A stretch of 62,941 nt of DNA, the filler included. It is 4 parts of 4 records of this genome, joined end to end, with 100 filler letters (N's around TTAATTAATTAA, not from the genome) between each part and the next. Parts side by side here need not be neighbours in the genome. Positions count along the whole stretch, not along the records: positions 14,659 to 39,561 come from SRR31156797_11943; 3 more parts are not named here. One strand, given 5' to 3'. How positions within the stretch are numbered: position 1 is the first letter of the stretch; each line of letters starts with the position of its first letter. Shown piece by piece: positions 22,228 to 32,600 of this stretch. Both the position numbers and the translations under genes were made by a program. A model generated the notes under the pieces. The model searched no databases. It had not been told where the DNA came from and saw only the letters and a list, made by a program, of their open reading frames with translations.

Positions 22228-22277
22228 AGACACTATTCCCATCTATTTTGATGTGCGCAGATGGGAATGATGTTTGA
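22228..22277 (+). ncRNA. Candidate small hairpin RNA or structured leader
   Basis: ATTCCCATCT-N14-AGATGGGAAT stem just after TACAAT (22216-22221). Its loop is complementary to the S-layer leader. Confidence 0.4.
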
Positions 22278-22364
22278 GTAGATTGTTTGTGTTAGATTTT
22301 AGTATCTTATTATGTAAGTTATACTATAATAAATACTATTATCTAATACAAGGTACTCACAAAG

Positions 22365-23159
22365 ATGAATTTTATTTTTAATCGCTCTTCTTTTTTTCTT
22401 ATCAAAACATTTTTAATAAGAGATATACAAAGTCGATATAAAGGTTCTTATTTTGGGCTTGCTTGGAATATCTTGACTCCAGTGATGATGTTGCTGGTAT
22501 TTAGTTTTGTCTTTCAAGAGATATTTCAAGCAAAATGGCCTGCAAGTGATGATGGTCTCAATATAAACTTTACATACAATCTTTTTATAGGTCTTAGTGT
22601 GTTTTGGCTCTATGCTGATGTGCTTGGCAAAGCTCCAGGCGTTTTCTCTTCATCTCCTAATTATATTAAAAAAGTGATTTTCCCTCTTGAGATATTGGTC
22701 TTGACCTTAGTACTTAGCAGCTTATTTTATTTTGCTATCAATCTTTCTATCATACTTGTTTTTTCTTTTATATTAGGTATTGATATTTTTCCTTCTATTT
22801 TTTTCCTTGGCTTTGTGATCGGTGTCTCTATCCCTTTTTTATATGGAGTGGCACTTCTTTTAGCTACACTTGGAGTCTATATAAAAGATATTGGTGTAGT
22901 GATTGGTGTGATTCTGAACCTTTTGATGTTTTTATCACCTATTTTTTATCCTTTGAGTGCTATTCCTGAGCATTTGCAATTTCTTTTTCATATGAATCCA
23001 CTCACTCTTATTATAGAAGAGCTAAGGGCTATACTTGTATATAATAGTTTGCCAGATATATTGAGTTTGTTTTATTATCTTCTCGTAGCTTTATTTGTGT
23101 TTTTTCTATCAAAAAAAATATATAAACCACTTCAAAGAGGTTTTGCTGATGTCATATAG
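22365..23159 (+). CDS. wzm: Polysaccharide ABC transporter permease
   Basis: Motifs RDIQSRYKGSYFGLAW, YIKKVIFP, LSPIFYP and NPLT; about six TM segments. Confidence 0.9.
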   Translation: MNFIFNRSSFFLIKTFLIRDIQSRYKGSYFGLAWNILTPVMMLLVFSFVFQEIFQAKWPASDDGLNINFTYNLFIGLSVFWLYADVLGKAPGVFSSSPNYIKKVIFPLEILVLTLVLSSLFYFAINLSIILVFSFILGIDIFPSIFFLGFVIGVSIPFLYGVALLLATLGVYIKDIGVVIGVILNLLMFLSPIFYPLSAIPEHLQFLFHMNPLTLIIEELRAILVYNSLPDILSLFYYLLVALFVFFLSKKIYKPLQRGFADVI

Positions 23160-24375
23160 TAAAGATATAGCTGTAGAGCTTCATGGTATAGAAAAACATT
23201 ATAGACTTTATAAAAAACCTATAGATAGACTTCTACAGTTTTTACCATGGAATAAAAACAAAGCTCTTTATGATGAGTTTATAGCATTACAAAAGATCGA
23301 TCTTACTCTTTATAAAGGTGAGGTTTTAGGGGTCGTAGGACAAAATGGTGCAGGAAAATCTACCCTACTTCAAATCATATGTGATACACTAGAGGCTTCT
23401 AGTGGAACACGATATGTCAATGGTACTATTACGGCTCTATTAGAACTTGGAAGTGGATTTAACCCTGAATTTACAGGACATGAAAATATCTATATGGCTG
23501 GAGCAATATCTGGTCTTTCTAAAGAACAGATCGATGAGAAGTATGAAGATATTATAGAGTTTGCAAATATAGGGGAACATATATATCATCCTGTAAAAAC
23601 ATATTCTAGCGGTATGATGGTAAGACTTGCATTTTCTGTTGCTACATCTGTGATGCCAGATATACTTGTGGTAGATGAGGCTCTCTCTGTAGGTGATGGG
23701 GCATTTGCTAAAAAATCTTTTGATCGTATTATGGAGCTTAAAGAGGCTGGTTGTACTATACTGTTTTGCTCTCATAATACTTATCAGGTTGAAGTGTTTT
23801 GTGATAAAGCTATTTGGTTAAAAAATGGTCAAATTGCAGCCGAGGGGAGCCCTGCAAATGTGGTGGATAGCTATCTTAGATACCTTGAGGGCTTACAAAC
23901 TCCACCAAAAGAGCCCTTAGAAGCTCAAGAAGAAACATCTAAGAGTATAGATTCTAGCTCTATTAATAAAAATAGAATTTTAAAAGTTGATATCACAGTT
24001 AACCAAAAGAAAAGTGAAGTCTTAGAGCTTATTAGTGAAGTGGATGATTTGGACTTGAATATAAGATACAAAATTGACACATCACATGCTATTCCTACAA
24101 TTGCTGTGGTTTTTACAGATGAAAATATGAAAAATATCTCAAGTTCATTGACCTATTATGATAATATACAATTAAAATATGATGAAAATGGAGAGGGAGA
24201 TATCCATATCACCTATCCTAAGATATCACTTCTTCGAGGAAAATACCTTATCCATGTATTACTTATGTGTGAAAATGCTATTCATATATATAATAGTGTA
24301 GAGTGTGGTGTACTAAATATTACTCAAAAAGGTTCAGAGGTCGGAATAGTATCATTAAATAGGAGTTGGAGTTAA
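23149..24375 (+). CDS. wzt: Polysaccharide ABC transporter ATPase with C-terminal carbohydrate-binding extension
   Basis: Motifs GQNGAGKST, YSSGMMVRLAFS and VDEALSVGD, plus a ~150-aa beta-rich C-terminal domain. Start placed at ATG 23149, overlapping the end of wzm. Confidence 0.92.
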   Translation: MSYSKDIAVELHGIEKHYRLYKKPIDRLLQFLPWNKNKALYDEFIALQKIDLTLYKGEVLGVVGQNGAGKSTLLQIICDTLEASSGTRYVNGTITALLELGSGFNPEFTGHENIYMAGAISGLSKEQIDEKYEDIIEFANIGEHIYHPVKTYSSGMMVRLAFSVATSVMPDILVVDEALSVGDGAFAKKSFDRIMELKEAGCTILFCSHNTYQVEVFCDKAIWLKNGQIAAEGSPANVVDSYLRYLEGLQTPPKEPLEAQEETSKSIDSSSINKNRILKVDITVNQKKSEVLELISEVDDLDLNIRYKIDTSHAIPTIAVVFTDENMKNISSSLTYYDNIQLKYDENGEGDIHITYPKISLLRGKYLIHVLLMCENAIHIYNSVECGVLNITQKGSEVGIVSLNRSWS

Positions 24376-24384
24376 TATAAAGAT

Positions 24385-26205
24385 TTATTTTTCATCTAAT
24401 AATTTTTTTATTTCTAACATGACTATTTCTTTTAAATTTTTGATCTCACTTCCTTCAATTAATTGAAGTAAAAACCCTAAAACTAAAGTATTGTCACCTT
24501 TTAACAACAAACCACCTTTGGATCTAGTACGTTTTGAGGGGAGAATTACTTTATAATTAGGTGATGGGTAGAGATGAGCATGGGAAAAATAAAGATTTTT
24601 TTGTTTTTCAATTTGTATTTTTGTACTCTTATAAGTAAATATTTCATTTTCATTTTTCCAAGAGATATGAGAGATTCCAAATATTTTGTTTTTCCAGTCT
24701 CCTTCAAAACTCCCATCAGGCTTAAATGTGGAGAATCTAACATCTTGTATTAACTTTAAACCTCTATGATGGTAGTTTATTAAAACATTTTCTGTATTTT
24801 CATCAATTGTTGTTTGATGGGGGAGATAGAGTGCGTCAAGATTTGACATTATATCAGGACGAGAGTGTATTGTTTTTTCTCCTATTACTGAAACTTGAAA
24901 TTCACTATCTTTTAGAAAAAATTTATACGCTTCAATAAGGGCATCAGAGTGAATATTTCTCTCATAGCTTCTTTCACCATGCCATAAATAATAATTGCTT
25001 TTTGCCGCTAAAATACCTATATGATATTTCTTTTTAGGAATAGATGCTTTAGTAGGGGGGGTTAAGCCATGAAGTTTTTTCATCTCCTTTATATCGAGAG
25101 GGAAACCTCCTATTTCAATCCCATCGCTATGTTTATCAAAATTTAGATTTTCAATAGAATTCGATAATATTTCAATAACATTATCATCTATAAACTCTTT
25201 ATTCTCTTTATTTTTATTGATCCACCTTTCTATATACAAGCCTGTGATTACTTTAGGGTATCCTAGATTTTTTGCATAATTTGTTAATAAAGAAGGGATC
25301 CAAACTCCATCTACTCTATTGTATCCATCAAAAAAATTATAATCAACTACAATCTCATCTAAACAGCTTACAACCTCTTCAATGACGCCTGTAGCATAAA
25401 TGGCATCATGAGATGTGAATGTTTCTGCAAAATAACCACTTGCTTTTCCTCCATTTTCTCGAATAACATTACTTAATCTACAAATATGGGTTGCTAAGCT
25501 ATCTTCACGGAAACTCATAAATGAAGGAAAATGTTTTTCTACATTGGCTAGACCATTTGCTATATTATTGTTATAGTTGATAATTGGGAGTTTTGTATAT
25601 TGGTTCATACTTTTAGAGTAAGAATCTTGTGCATTTTGAGAATAATTTCTCCATACATACCCATTTTGACCATATTTAAGTTCAAATTCTGATTGAATAC
25701 CTAGGGCAAAAGTGTGTATATTGTTTTTGTATTTGGAGATATAATATTTGACAGCTTCTTTGTAGAATCTAAATAGGTATTTATTGTTTGTTTTATTGTA
25801 TAAATCTAATTCATGTACGAGAGCTTGTGTATGATCTTTTACAAATGCATTTGAATTTGATGTATAGACCCAATCTGGTATACTGTATCTATTGTATTGT
25901 GGTGTACCAGAGAGATTATCAAACTGAAATCTCCCACTTGTGTCTAGTATTAAATTTAATTTAAAACCATTTTTTACTAAAATATCCAAATACTTATCAT
26001 ATATATCAAAACTATATACTTTATTTTTCTTTTCTACTTCTGCCCAAACGATTGGAAAGGTAACAGTTGTAACACCTATCGATTTTAGTTCTTTTATTAT
26101 CTTATCAGGTTTATTTAAATGAAAAGGTTGTAAAAATGTGGAAAACTCACTAGATTTGCAATATAATATTTCTATGATGAAAAAGATAAGAATAAAAATC
26201 TTCAA
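24385..26205 (-). CDS. Secreted glycoside hydrolase-like protein (GH42/GH14-like TIM barrel plus GATase-like domain)
   Basis: N-terminal signal peptide, WAEVEK...YSFD.YD, IPDWV, and a C-terminal LDALYLP trimerisation-like segment. Confidence 0.6.
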   Translation of the reverse strand: MKIFILIFFIIEILYCKSSEFSTFLQPFHLNKPDKIIKELKSIGVTTVTFPIVWAEVEKKNKVYSFDIYDKYLDILVKNGFKLNLILDTSGRFQFDNLSGTPQYNRYSIPDWVYTSNSNAFVKDHTQALVHELDLYNKTNNKYLFRFYKEAVKYYISKYKNNIHTFALGIQSEFELKYGQNGYVWRNYSQNAQDSYSKSMNQYTKLPIINYNNNIANGLANVEKHFPSFMSFREDSLATHICRLSNVIRENGGKASGYFAETFTSHDAIYATGVIEEVVSCLDEIVVDYNFFDGYNRVDGVWIPSLLTNYAKNLGYPKVITGLYIERWINKNKENKEFIDDNVIEILSNSIENLNFDKHSDGIEIGGFPLDIKEMKKLHGLTPPTKASIPKKKYHIGILAAKSNYYLWHGERSYERNIHSDALIEAYKFFLKDSEFQVSVIGEKTIHSRPDIMSNLDALYLPHQTTIDENTENVLINYHHRGLKLIQDVRFSTFKPDGSFEGDWKNKIFGISHISWKNENEIFTYKSTKIQIEKQKNLYFSHAHLYPSPNYKVILPSKRTRSKGGLLLKGDNTLVLGFLLQLIEGSEIKNLKEIVMLEIKKLLDEK

Positions 26206-26299
26206 AGTTTATTTTCCTTACATGGTAAATCTTTAAAATAATACCTTAGTAAGTCTTTAAAAAAGTTGTATTACATAGAACTTTTGTTATAATAACTCA

Positions 26300-27211
26300 A
26301 TGAAAGAGAGATTACATAATATTTATATATGGCTTGATTATACTTTAATATTGCCATTATTAAGCATATTACCAATTAAGTTTGGTAGGTTTTTTGCTAG
26401 TTTACGCGGAGTATGTTACTATTATTTAAAAAGGGACTGGCGAAGCTTTACTTTTAATGATACTCAACTACATGAAAGAGTATTAATGTCTTATAAAGAA
26501 ATTTTTCCTGAAATCTCTTTGAAAGAATTAAGTCAACTTGTAAAAAAAAGATATATATCTCAATCTCTTGAAGAATATGAAGCAATGCTTGTGATAAAAA
26601 ATAGATTTCATAAAATTGCAGTGGAGTATCATAATATTGAACCTCTATTAGATTTTTTTAAAACTAAAAAAAACAATATTTTTATCACTTCGCATTTTGG
26701 AAGTAGTATTGAGGGATTTATTCATCTGAATATATTTAAAACCCCAGTAATGGTTATGACTTCAAATGTTACAAAACATCCACAAGTGCATAAAAGTATT
26801 TCAAAGTTTTATGATCAAAAGTATAGACATATTGATCCATTTTTAAATGGTGGAAAGATGGTAGATGTAGAAGGTAATATGAAAAAATTTTTTAGGTTCC
26901 TTAAAAATGATGGTTCTTTAGCTATTGTTGCCGACTTACCACCAGGGAACCCTGATGATAATGCAACTATTAAAAACTTTTTTGGGAAAAATAGAGCTTT
27001 TGCAGCAGGTGCTGAAAAACTGAGTACTATAGATAATAGTAAAATCATCCCTTATGTTTGTTATTACGAAAACAATACATATCATATGGTTTTTGGATCA
27101 TTAGAGGAAGATCCTTATCATTTCTTAGAGAAAGAAATAAAGAAAAGACCCCATTTATGGTGGGCAAGTGATCTTCTTTCTTGTTATCCCATCAAAGAGA
27201 AGGTAGAATAG
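26300..27211 (+). CDS. Lysophospholipid / lipid A-type acyltransferase family protein
   Basis: ITSHFGS, LAIVAD, FFG and P..W.W motifs resembling the LpxL family. Confidence 0.65.
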   Translation: MKERLHNIYIWLDYTLILPLLSILPIKFGRFFASLRGVCYYYLKRDWRSFTFNDTQLHERVLMSYKEIFPEISLKELSQLVKKRYISQSLEEYEAMLVIKNRFHKIAVEYHNIEPLLDFFKTKKNNIFITSHFGSSIEGFIHLNIFKTPVMVMTSNVTKHPQVHKSISKFYDQKYRHIDPFLNGGKMVDVEGNMKKFFRFLKNDGSLAIVADLPPGNPDDNATIKNFFGKNRAFAAGAEKLSTIDNSKIIPYVCYYENNTYHMVFGSLEEDPYHFLEKEIKKRPHLWWASDLLSCYPIKEKVE

Positions 27212-28207
27212 TTGAACTACGATTTTAAATTAGATTTAGAGAATAAAAATCCATTATCATTAATCATTAATAGAATAAAACCAAATAGTACCATTTTGGA
27301 ATTTGGTCCTGCTAATGGAAGACTTACGCAATATTTAAAAGAAACCCTTGAATGCAAAATATATTGTGTAGAGATTGATGAAGCAGCAGCAGAGTTTTCT
27401 AAAAAGTACTCTGAAGATATACTTGTGGATGATATTGAAACTTTTAGTTGGATAGAAAAGTTTGCATCAATTGATTTTGATTATATTATTTTTGCTGATG
27501 TTTTAGAGCATTTAAAATTTCCAGAACTTGTACTTACTAAGGCTCAAAACTTACTTAAAGAGAGTGGAAGTATTTTAATATCTATTCCTAATATTGCACA
27601 TAATAGTGTCATTATCAATTTATTTATGAATCAATTTGAATACCGAAATACAGGTATACTTGATAATACTCATTTAAGGTTTTTTACAAAAGAGTCTTTT
27701 GATATGCTTCTAGAGAAATGTAATCTTTATAGACACTATGAAGATGGTATTATTGTAAAGCCATTAGATACAGAACTGAATAACTCTTATAATATGCTCC
27801 CTAAGGATGTGGCTAATTTTATGCAAAATTTACCTTTTGGGGAAGTATATCAGTTTGTTTATGAAGTTAAAATGTATAAAGCTAAAGAGATTATATCTTT
27901 TTTTGATAAAAAGTTTTATACAAAGAAAAATGATGATAATGACTTTCGCCATCTTATAGAGCTTCAAAAAAATCTCCAGAGTGAGAATAAACAATTATGG
28001 CAGCGTGTTTTAGATAATGAAGAAAAAATTTTTTCATATATAAATGAAAACAATCAATTATGGAAAAGAGTTGCAGATAATGAAAGCAAAATCGATCTAT
28101 ATGAAAATGAAAGAAATGGACTTCTTGCTGAGATTGAAAAACTTAAAAACCCAGAATCAAAACTTGCAAAGTTTCTTAAAAATATTAAAAAAGGCTTTTG
28201 TAAATGA
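27212..28207 (+). CDS. SAM-dependent methyltransferase with C-terminal coiled coil
   Basis: Motifs ILEFGPANG, FADVLEHL and GILDNTHLRFFT; tandem 21-aa repeats near the C-terminus. Confidence 0.85.
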   Translation: MNYDFKLDLENKNPLSLIINRIKPNSTILEFGPANGRLTQYLKETLECKIYCVEIDEAAAEFSKKYSEDILVDDIETFSWIEKFASIDFDYIIFADVLEHLKFPELVLTKAQNLLKESGSILISIPNIAHNSVIINLFMNQFEYRNTGILDNTHLRFFTKESFDMLLEKCNLYRHYEDGIIVKPLDTELNNSYNMLPKDVANFMQNLPFGEVYQFVYEVKMYKAKEIISFFDKKFYTKKNDDNDFRHLIELQKNLQSENKQLWQRVLDNEEKIFSYINENNQLWKRVADNESKIDLYENERNGLLAEIEKLKNPESKLAKFLKNIKKGFCK

Positions 28208-29178
28208 TTATTGCTTCTATTATCATCCCTACAAAAAATGGTGGTGAGCTTTTTAAAGAGGTTTTACAAAAAGTTTTAACTCAAAATATGATACACGAAT
28301 ATGAAGTTATTGTGATAGATTCAGGCTCTAAAGATGATACAGTAGCATATGTAAAGCTGCAAGCTCAAAAACATGATAACATAGTCTTAAAAGAGATCCC
28401 CGCTGAAGAGTTTGGTCATGGAAAAACAAGAAACCTTGGAGCAAGTATTGCTAGGGGAGAGTTCTTAGTATTTATTACTCAAGATGCACTTGCTTTCAAT
28501 GATGATTGGCTAGAAGAGATGATCAAACCTTTTAGTATAGATACTAATATTGTAGGAGTATTTGGAAAGCATTTACCTTATGAAGAGTGTGATATTTTTG
28601 AAAAGCATAATCTCTATTGTCATTTTGAGAACTTTGGAAAAGATATCGTTATATATAAAATGGAAGATAAAAAACGTTATGATACCGATGAGGGATATAA
28701 ACATCTTTTATGTTTTTACTCTGATAATGCATCTGCCATGAGAAAAAGCATTTGGGAAAAGATACCATATGATGATGTGAATTTTGCCGAAGATCAACTT
28801 TGGGCAAAAAAAATCATTGAACTAGGTTATAGTAAGGCATATAATGCTAATGCAATTGTCTATCATTCTCATAACTATCCTTTTAAAGAGCTATTGATGC
28901 GTTCATTTGATGACCATAAAGGACTTTATGAAATTTATCAATATAAATCTGTGAAAAATATATTTATGCTTCCAATAAAAATAGTTTATCATATTTTAAA
29001 TGACTATAAATATCTTAAAACTATTTCTATCCCTAGAGATGAGAAAAAAAAGTGGTTTATATTTTCAATAAAAAAGAATATATGCCAATATACCGGTGCC
29101 TATTTTGGCCCAAAAGGGTATTCAAATAAATTTTTGGAAAAGCTTTTTTCAAGAGAAAGATTATTGAGGAAAAAATAA
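28204..29178 (+). CDS. GT2 glycosyltransferase (rhamnosyltransferase-like)
   Basis: Motifs IDSGSKD, FGHGKTRN, TQDA, FAEDQ and VYHSH. Confidence 0.88.
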   Translation: MIIASIIIPTKNGGELFKEVLQKVLTQNMIHEYEVIVIDSGSKDDTVAYVKLQAQKHDNIVLKEIPAEEFGHGKTRNLGASIARGEFLVFITQDALAFNDDWLEEMIKPFSIDTNIVGVFGKHLPYEECDIFEKHNLYCHFENFGKDIVIYKMEDKKRYDTDEGYKHLLCFYSDNASAMRKSIWEKIPYDDVNFAEDQLWAKKIIELGYSKAYNANAIVYHSHNYPFKELLMRSFDDHKGLYEIYQYKSVKNIFMLPIKIVYHILNDYKYLKTISIPRDEKKKWFIFSIKKNICQYTGAYFGPKGYSNKFLEKLFSRERLLRKK

Positions 29179-30398
29179 TGAAAAAAAAAATACGTAAAGC
29201 AATAAACATTTTAAAAGAGAATGGTCTTTATAATGGCTCTAAACTTGTTTATCATAAAATTAAAAAGAACAATACCCATGCCACAAATGATCTAGAAAGT
29301 TTTTATCAATTTATCAATTTTCCACAATGTGATGCAAAGATCAAAAAATCGAAACATAAAAAAATAAAAATTCTTTGGTTTATTCCTGATTTTGGAATAG
29401 GTTCGGGGGGACATCTAAATATTTTTCGTATGATTTCTAATTTACATAAACTTGATATAGATTCAGATATTGCTATATGTGGTGGAACCCAATGGAATAA
29501 TTCTACTGATGCAAAAAAAGTTATTGATAAATTCTTTTTCAAACTAGATGGCACAATAGAAATCATTCAAAATGAACATGATATTACAAAGCTTAAAGAA
29601 TATGACATAGCGATGGCGACCTCTTGGCAAAGTGCATATTATGTACGAACTTTTGCAAACTGTATCAAAAAAACATATTTTATACAAGACTATGAACCTT
29701 ATTTTTTTGCACATGGAAGTAACTATTTCTTTGCAAAAAACACTTATGAATTTAATTTTCTAGGTGTATCTGCTGGAGATTGGATAGCAAAAAAAGTGAA
29801 GAAAAAATTTGGTATGCAATGTGAAAGCTTCTCTTTTTCATATGATAAAACACTTTATTCCAAACATCCAAAAGAACATTCAGATAGTATAAAAAGAGTA
29901 TTTTTTTATGCTAGACCACCTACTGAGAGGAGAGGGTTTGAGCTAGGGTTAATGGCACTAGAAAAGCTTTATAGTCTTAATAAAAATGTAGAAGTTATTT
30001 TTGCAGGTTGGGATGTATCTGGATATAAGATAAGAGTTCCCCATCTTAATGCTGGTGTTGTATCTATTGATAAACTCTCCCATCTTTATGCTCAATGTGA
30101 TGTGGCTTTAGTATTATCCTATACTAATCTCTCTTTACTACCATTAGAACTTTTAGCATCTGGCTGTCCTGTTGTAGTAAATAAAGGATTAAACAACAGC
30201 TGGATCGATCCAGAACATAAACTATTTGTTTATGCAGAGAATACACTAGAAGATACTACTAAAAAACTCAATGATGTATTGCACAATAAAATATCTTTTG
30301 ATCACAAGTATATAGAAAAATTCTTAGAAGACTCCTCTTGGGAAAATGAAGCTTTCAAGGTAAAAAATATATTAGTTAACTATTTAGAGGATCACTAG
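29178..30398 (+). CDS. GT-B glycosyltransferase, WsaF-like
   Basis: Motifs SGGHLNIFR, ATSWQSAY, YFIQDYEPYF, FFYARP..ERRGFELG and SLLPLE, as I recall them from WsaF-type rhamnosyltransferases. Confidence 0.75.
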   Translation: MKKKIRKAINILKENGLYNGSKLVYHKIKKNNTHATNDLESFYQFINFPQCDAKIKKSKHKKIKILWFIPDFGIGSGGHLNIFRMISNLHKLDIDSDIAICGGTQWNNSTDAKKVIDKFFFKLDGTIEIIQNEHDITKLKEYDIAMATSWQSAYYVRTFANCIKKTYFIQDYEPYFFAHGSNYFFAKNTYEFNFLGVSAGDWIAKKVKKKFGMQCESFSFSYDKTLYSKHPKEHSDSIKRVFFYARPPTERRGFELGLMALEKLYSLNKNVEVIFAGWDVSGYKIRVPHLNAGVVSIDKLSHLYAQCDVALVLSYTNLSLLPLELLASGCPVVVNKGLNNSWIDPEHKLFVYAENTLEDTTKKLNDVLHNKISFDHKYIEKFLEDSSWENEAFKVKNILVNYLEDH

Positions 30399-31082
30399 AT
30401 GGTTATAGGTAGGGGTATGTTGGCAAAAGCATTTAACTATTACACAGATGACCCTAATATTATTATATTTGCCAGTGGAGTATCAAATTCGCAAGAAAAA
30501 GATCCCCATGAATTTGAAAAAGAAGAAAAGCTCTTAAGTGCAACTATTGATCAGTATCCTCATTGTTTATTTGTGTATTTTAGTAGTTGCAGTATTGAGG
30601 ATAACTCTTTAATAAATTCCCATTATGTAAAACACAAAAAACAGATGGAAAACCTTATTAGTAAAACTTGTGAAGATTACTATATTTTTAGACTTCCTCA
30701 AGTAGTTGGGATAAGTAAAAGCCCTACAATTATAAACTTTTTTGCTCAATCTATAATGGGTAACACACACTTTTTTATTTATGAAAATGCTACTAGAAAC
30801 TTAATTGATGTGGAAGATGTATTTAGTATAATTAAAAAGATCATTGACAATAAATACTTCCAAAAAGAAATAATCAATATTGCTACTCCTTATAACACTC
30901 CTGTATTAAAAATAGTTAATCTTATTGAGTCTATTTTAGAAAAAAAAGCAAACTATACCTTAAAAAACCTAGGAGAGAAGCAAGAGATTAATATTGAAAA
31001 AATCTTGGAACTAGATTTTACTTTTCCTTCTAATTATACTGAGAATATTTTATCAAAATATTTAAAACAAAAAAACCAATAA
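30399..31082 (+). CDS. Short NAD-dependent epimerase/dehydratase-family protein
   Basis: Motifs IGRGMLA, FASGVSNS, YFSS, YVKHK (YxxxK) and FRLPQVVG. Confidence 0.8.
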   Translation: MVIGRGMLAKAFNYYTDDPNIIIFASGVSNSQEKDPHEFEKEEKLLSATIDQYPHCLFVYFSSCSIEDNSLINSHYVKHKKQMENLISKTCEDYYIFRLPQVVGISKSPTIINFFAQSIMGNTHFFIYENATRNLIDVEDVFSIIKKIIDNKYFQKEIINIATPYNTPVLKIVNLIESILEKKANYTLKNLGEKQEINIEKILELDFTFPSNYTENILSKYLKQKNQ

Positions 31083-31166
31083 AATAGTTTTTTTGTTGTA
31101 TACTCTTTGATATAATAAAAAGTTAGTTATACTTCCAATAAAATTAATGCACACAATGGAGTTAAA

Positions 31167-32591
31167 TTGTTATTTAACAGTTTTGAATATATTTTTTTAT
31201 TTCTTCCATTTACATTCTTTATCTATTTTTTTCTTAATAAAAAAAGAGTTCCTGAAATATCAAAAGCCTTTTTGATCTTCGCTTCATTGTTTTTTTATAG
31301 CTGGTGGAATATAATATATTTACCACTTATTTTAAGCTCTTTATTCATCAACTATGTTATTGGTCTTTCACTTATAAAAGATATGACAAATAGTAAAATT
31401 ACTAAAAAACAGTTGTTAATATTTGGTATTTTATTTAATCTAGGATTATTAGGGTATTTTAAATATGCTGATTTCTTTTTAATAAATGTCAACTTTCTTT
31501 TTGGAAGTGATGTTGAGCTTCTCCATTTAGTTCTTCCATTAGCTATTTCTTTTTTTACATTCCAACAAATTGCATATTTAATAGATTCTTACAGGGGGGA
31601 AACTAAAGAGTCGGATTTTTTAAACTATGCAATATTCGTAACATTTTTCCCTCAATTAATAGCAGGTCCAATAGTCCATCACAAAGAGATGATGCCACAA
31701 TTTGCGAATATTAGAACTAAAATAATCCATTATAAAAATATTGTTTTAGGTCTTTTTATTTTTTCAATTGGACTTTTTAAAAAAGTTGTTATTGCTGATA
31801 GTTTTGCAGTTTGGGCAAACCATGGGTTTGATGTGGCAACTAATCTAAACTTTTTGGAAGCTTGGGGTGCTTTATTAGCTTACTCCTTCCAGCTTTACTT
31901 CGATTTTAGTGGATATACGGATATGGCTATTGGGGTAGCACTGTTATTTAATATTAAACTTCCTATTAATTTTAATAGTCCATATAAATCAACTTCTATA
32001 ATAGAGATGTGGGAAAGATGGCATATTACATTATCTAGATTTATCAATAAATATGTTTTTAAGTCTATTGTAAAACTTTTTACAAAATACACTTTTGCAA
32101 AAGGGATGCTTGCTGTTTTTTTAAGTATGATCATATCTGGTTTGTGGCATGGTGCTAGTTGGATGTTTGTTTTTTTTGGGGCAATTCATGGATTTGCTTT
32201 AGTTACTAACCATTTGTGGAAACGAAAAATAAAAATAAAGCTACCTATTTATCTAGGTTGGTTTTTGACTTTTAATACGTGGAATTTTGCTTTAATATTT
32301 TTCCGATCTAATAGCTGGGAAGATGCAGAAAAAATGCTTAGAGGTATTTTAGGATTCAATGGGATATCAACAGATGCTGAGTTTATAACACTAATGAATT
32401 ATATTGATATATTACCTGCAACTATTGTGGCATTTATTATCATACTTTTGACTAAAAATAGTAATCAATTAGTTGATAGTTTTGATAAACATAGAATTAG
32501 ATTTTATTTTTTAAGCATATTTTGTTTTGGTGTATCATTGGTTATCATGTCTTTACAAACTGGAACAGAATTTTTGTATTTTAATTTTTAA
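31167..32591 (+). CDS. MBOAT O-acyltransferase (AlgI/PatA-like)
   Basis: Motifs LPLAISFFTFQQI, FFPQLIAGPI, DFSGY.DMA, RWHITLS and GLWHGA. Confidence 0.92.
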   Translation: MLFNSFEYIFLFLPFTFFIYFFLNKKRVPEISKAFLIFASLFFYSWWNIIYLPLILSSLFINYVIGLSLIKDMTNSKITKKQLLIFGILFNLGLLGYFKYADFFLINVNFLFGSDVELLHLVLPLAISFFTFQQIAYLIDSYRGETKESDFLNYAIFVTFFPQLIAGPIVHHKEMMPQFANIRTKIIHYKNIVLGLFIFSIGLFKKVVIADSFAVWANHGFDVATNLNFLEAWGALLAYSFQLYFDFSGYTDMAIGVALLFNIKLPINFNSPYKSTSIIEMWERWHITLSRFINKYVFKSIVKLFTKYTFAKGMLAVFLSMIISGLWHGASWMFVFFGAIHGFALVTNHLWKRKIKIKLPIYLGWFLTFNTWNFALIFFRSNSWEDAEKMLRGILGFNGISTDAEFITLMNYIDILPATIVAFIIILLTKNSNQLVDSFDKHRIRFYFLSIFCFGVSLVIMSLQTGTEFLYFNF

Positions 32592-32600
32592 GGCTATGTA

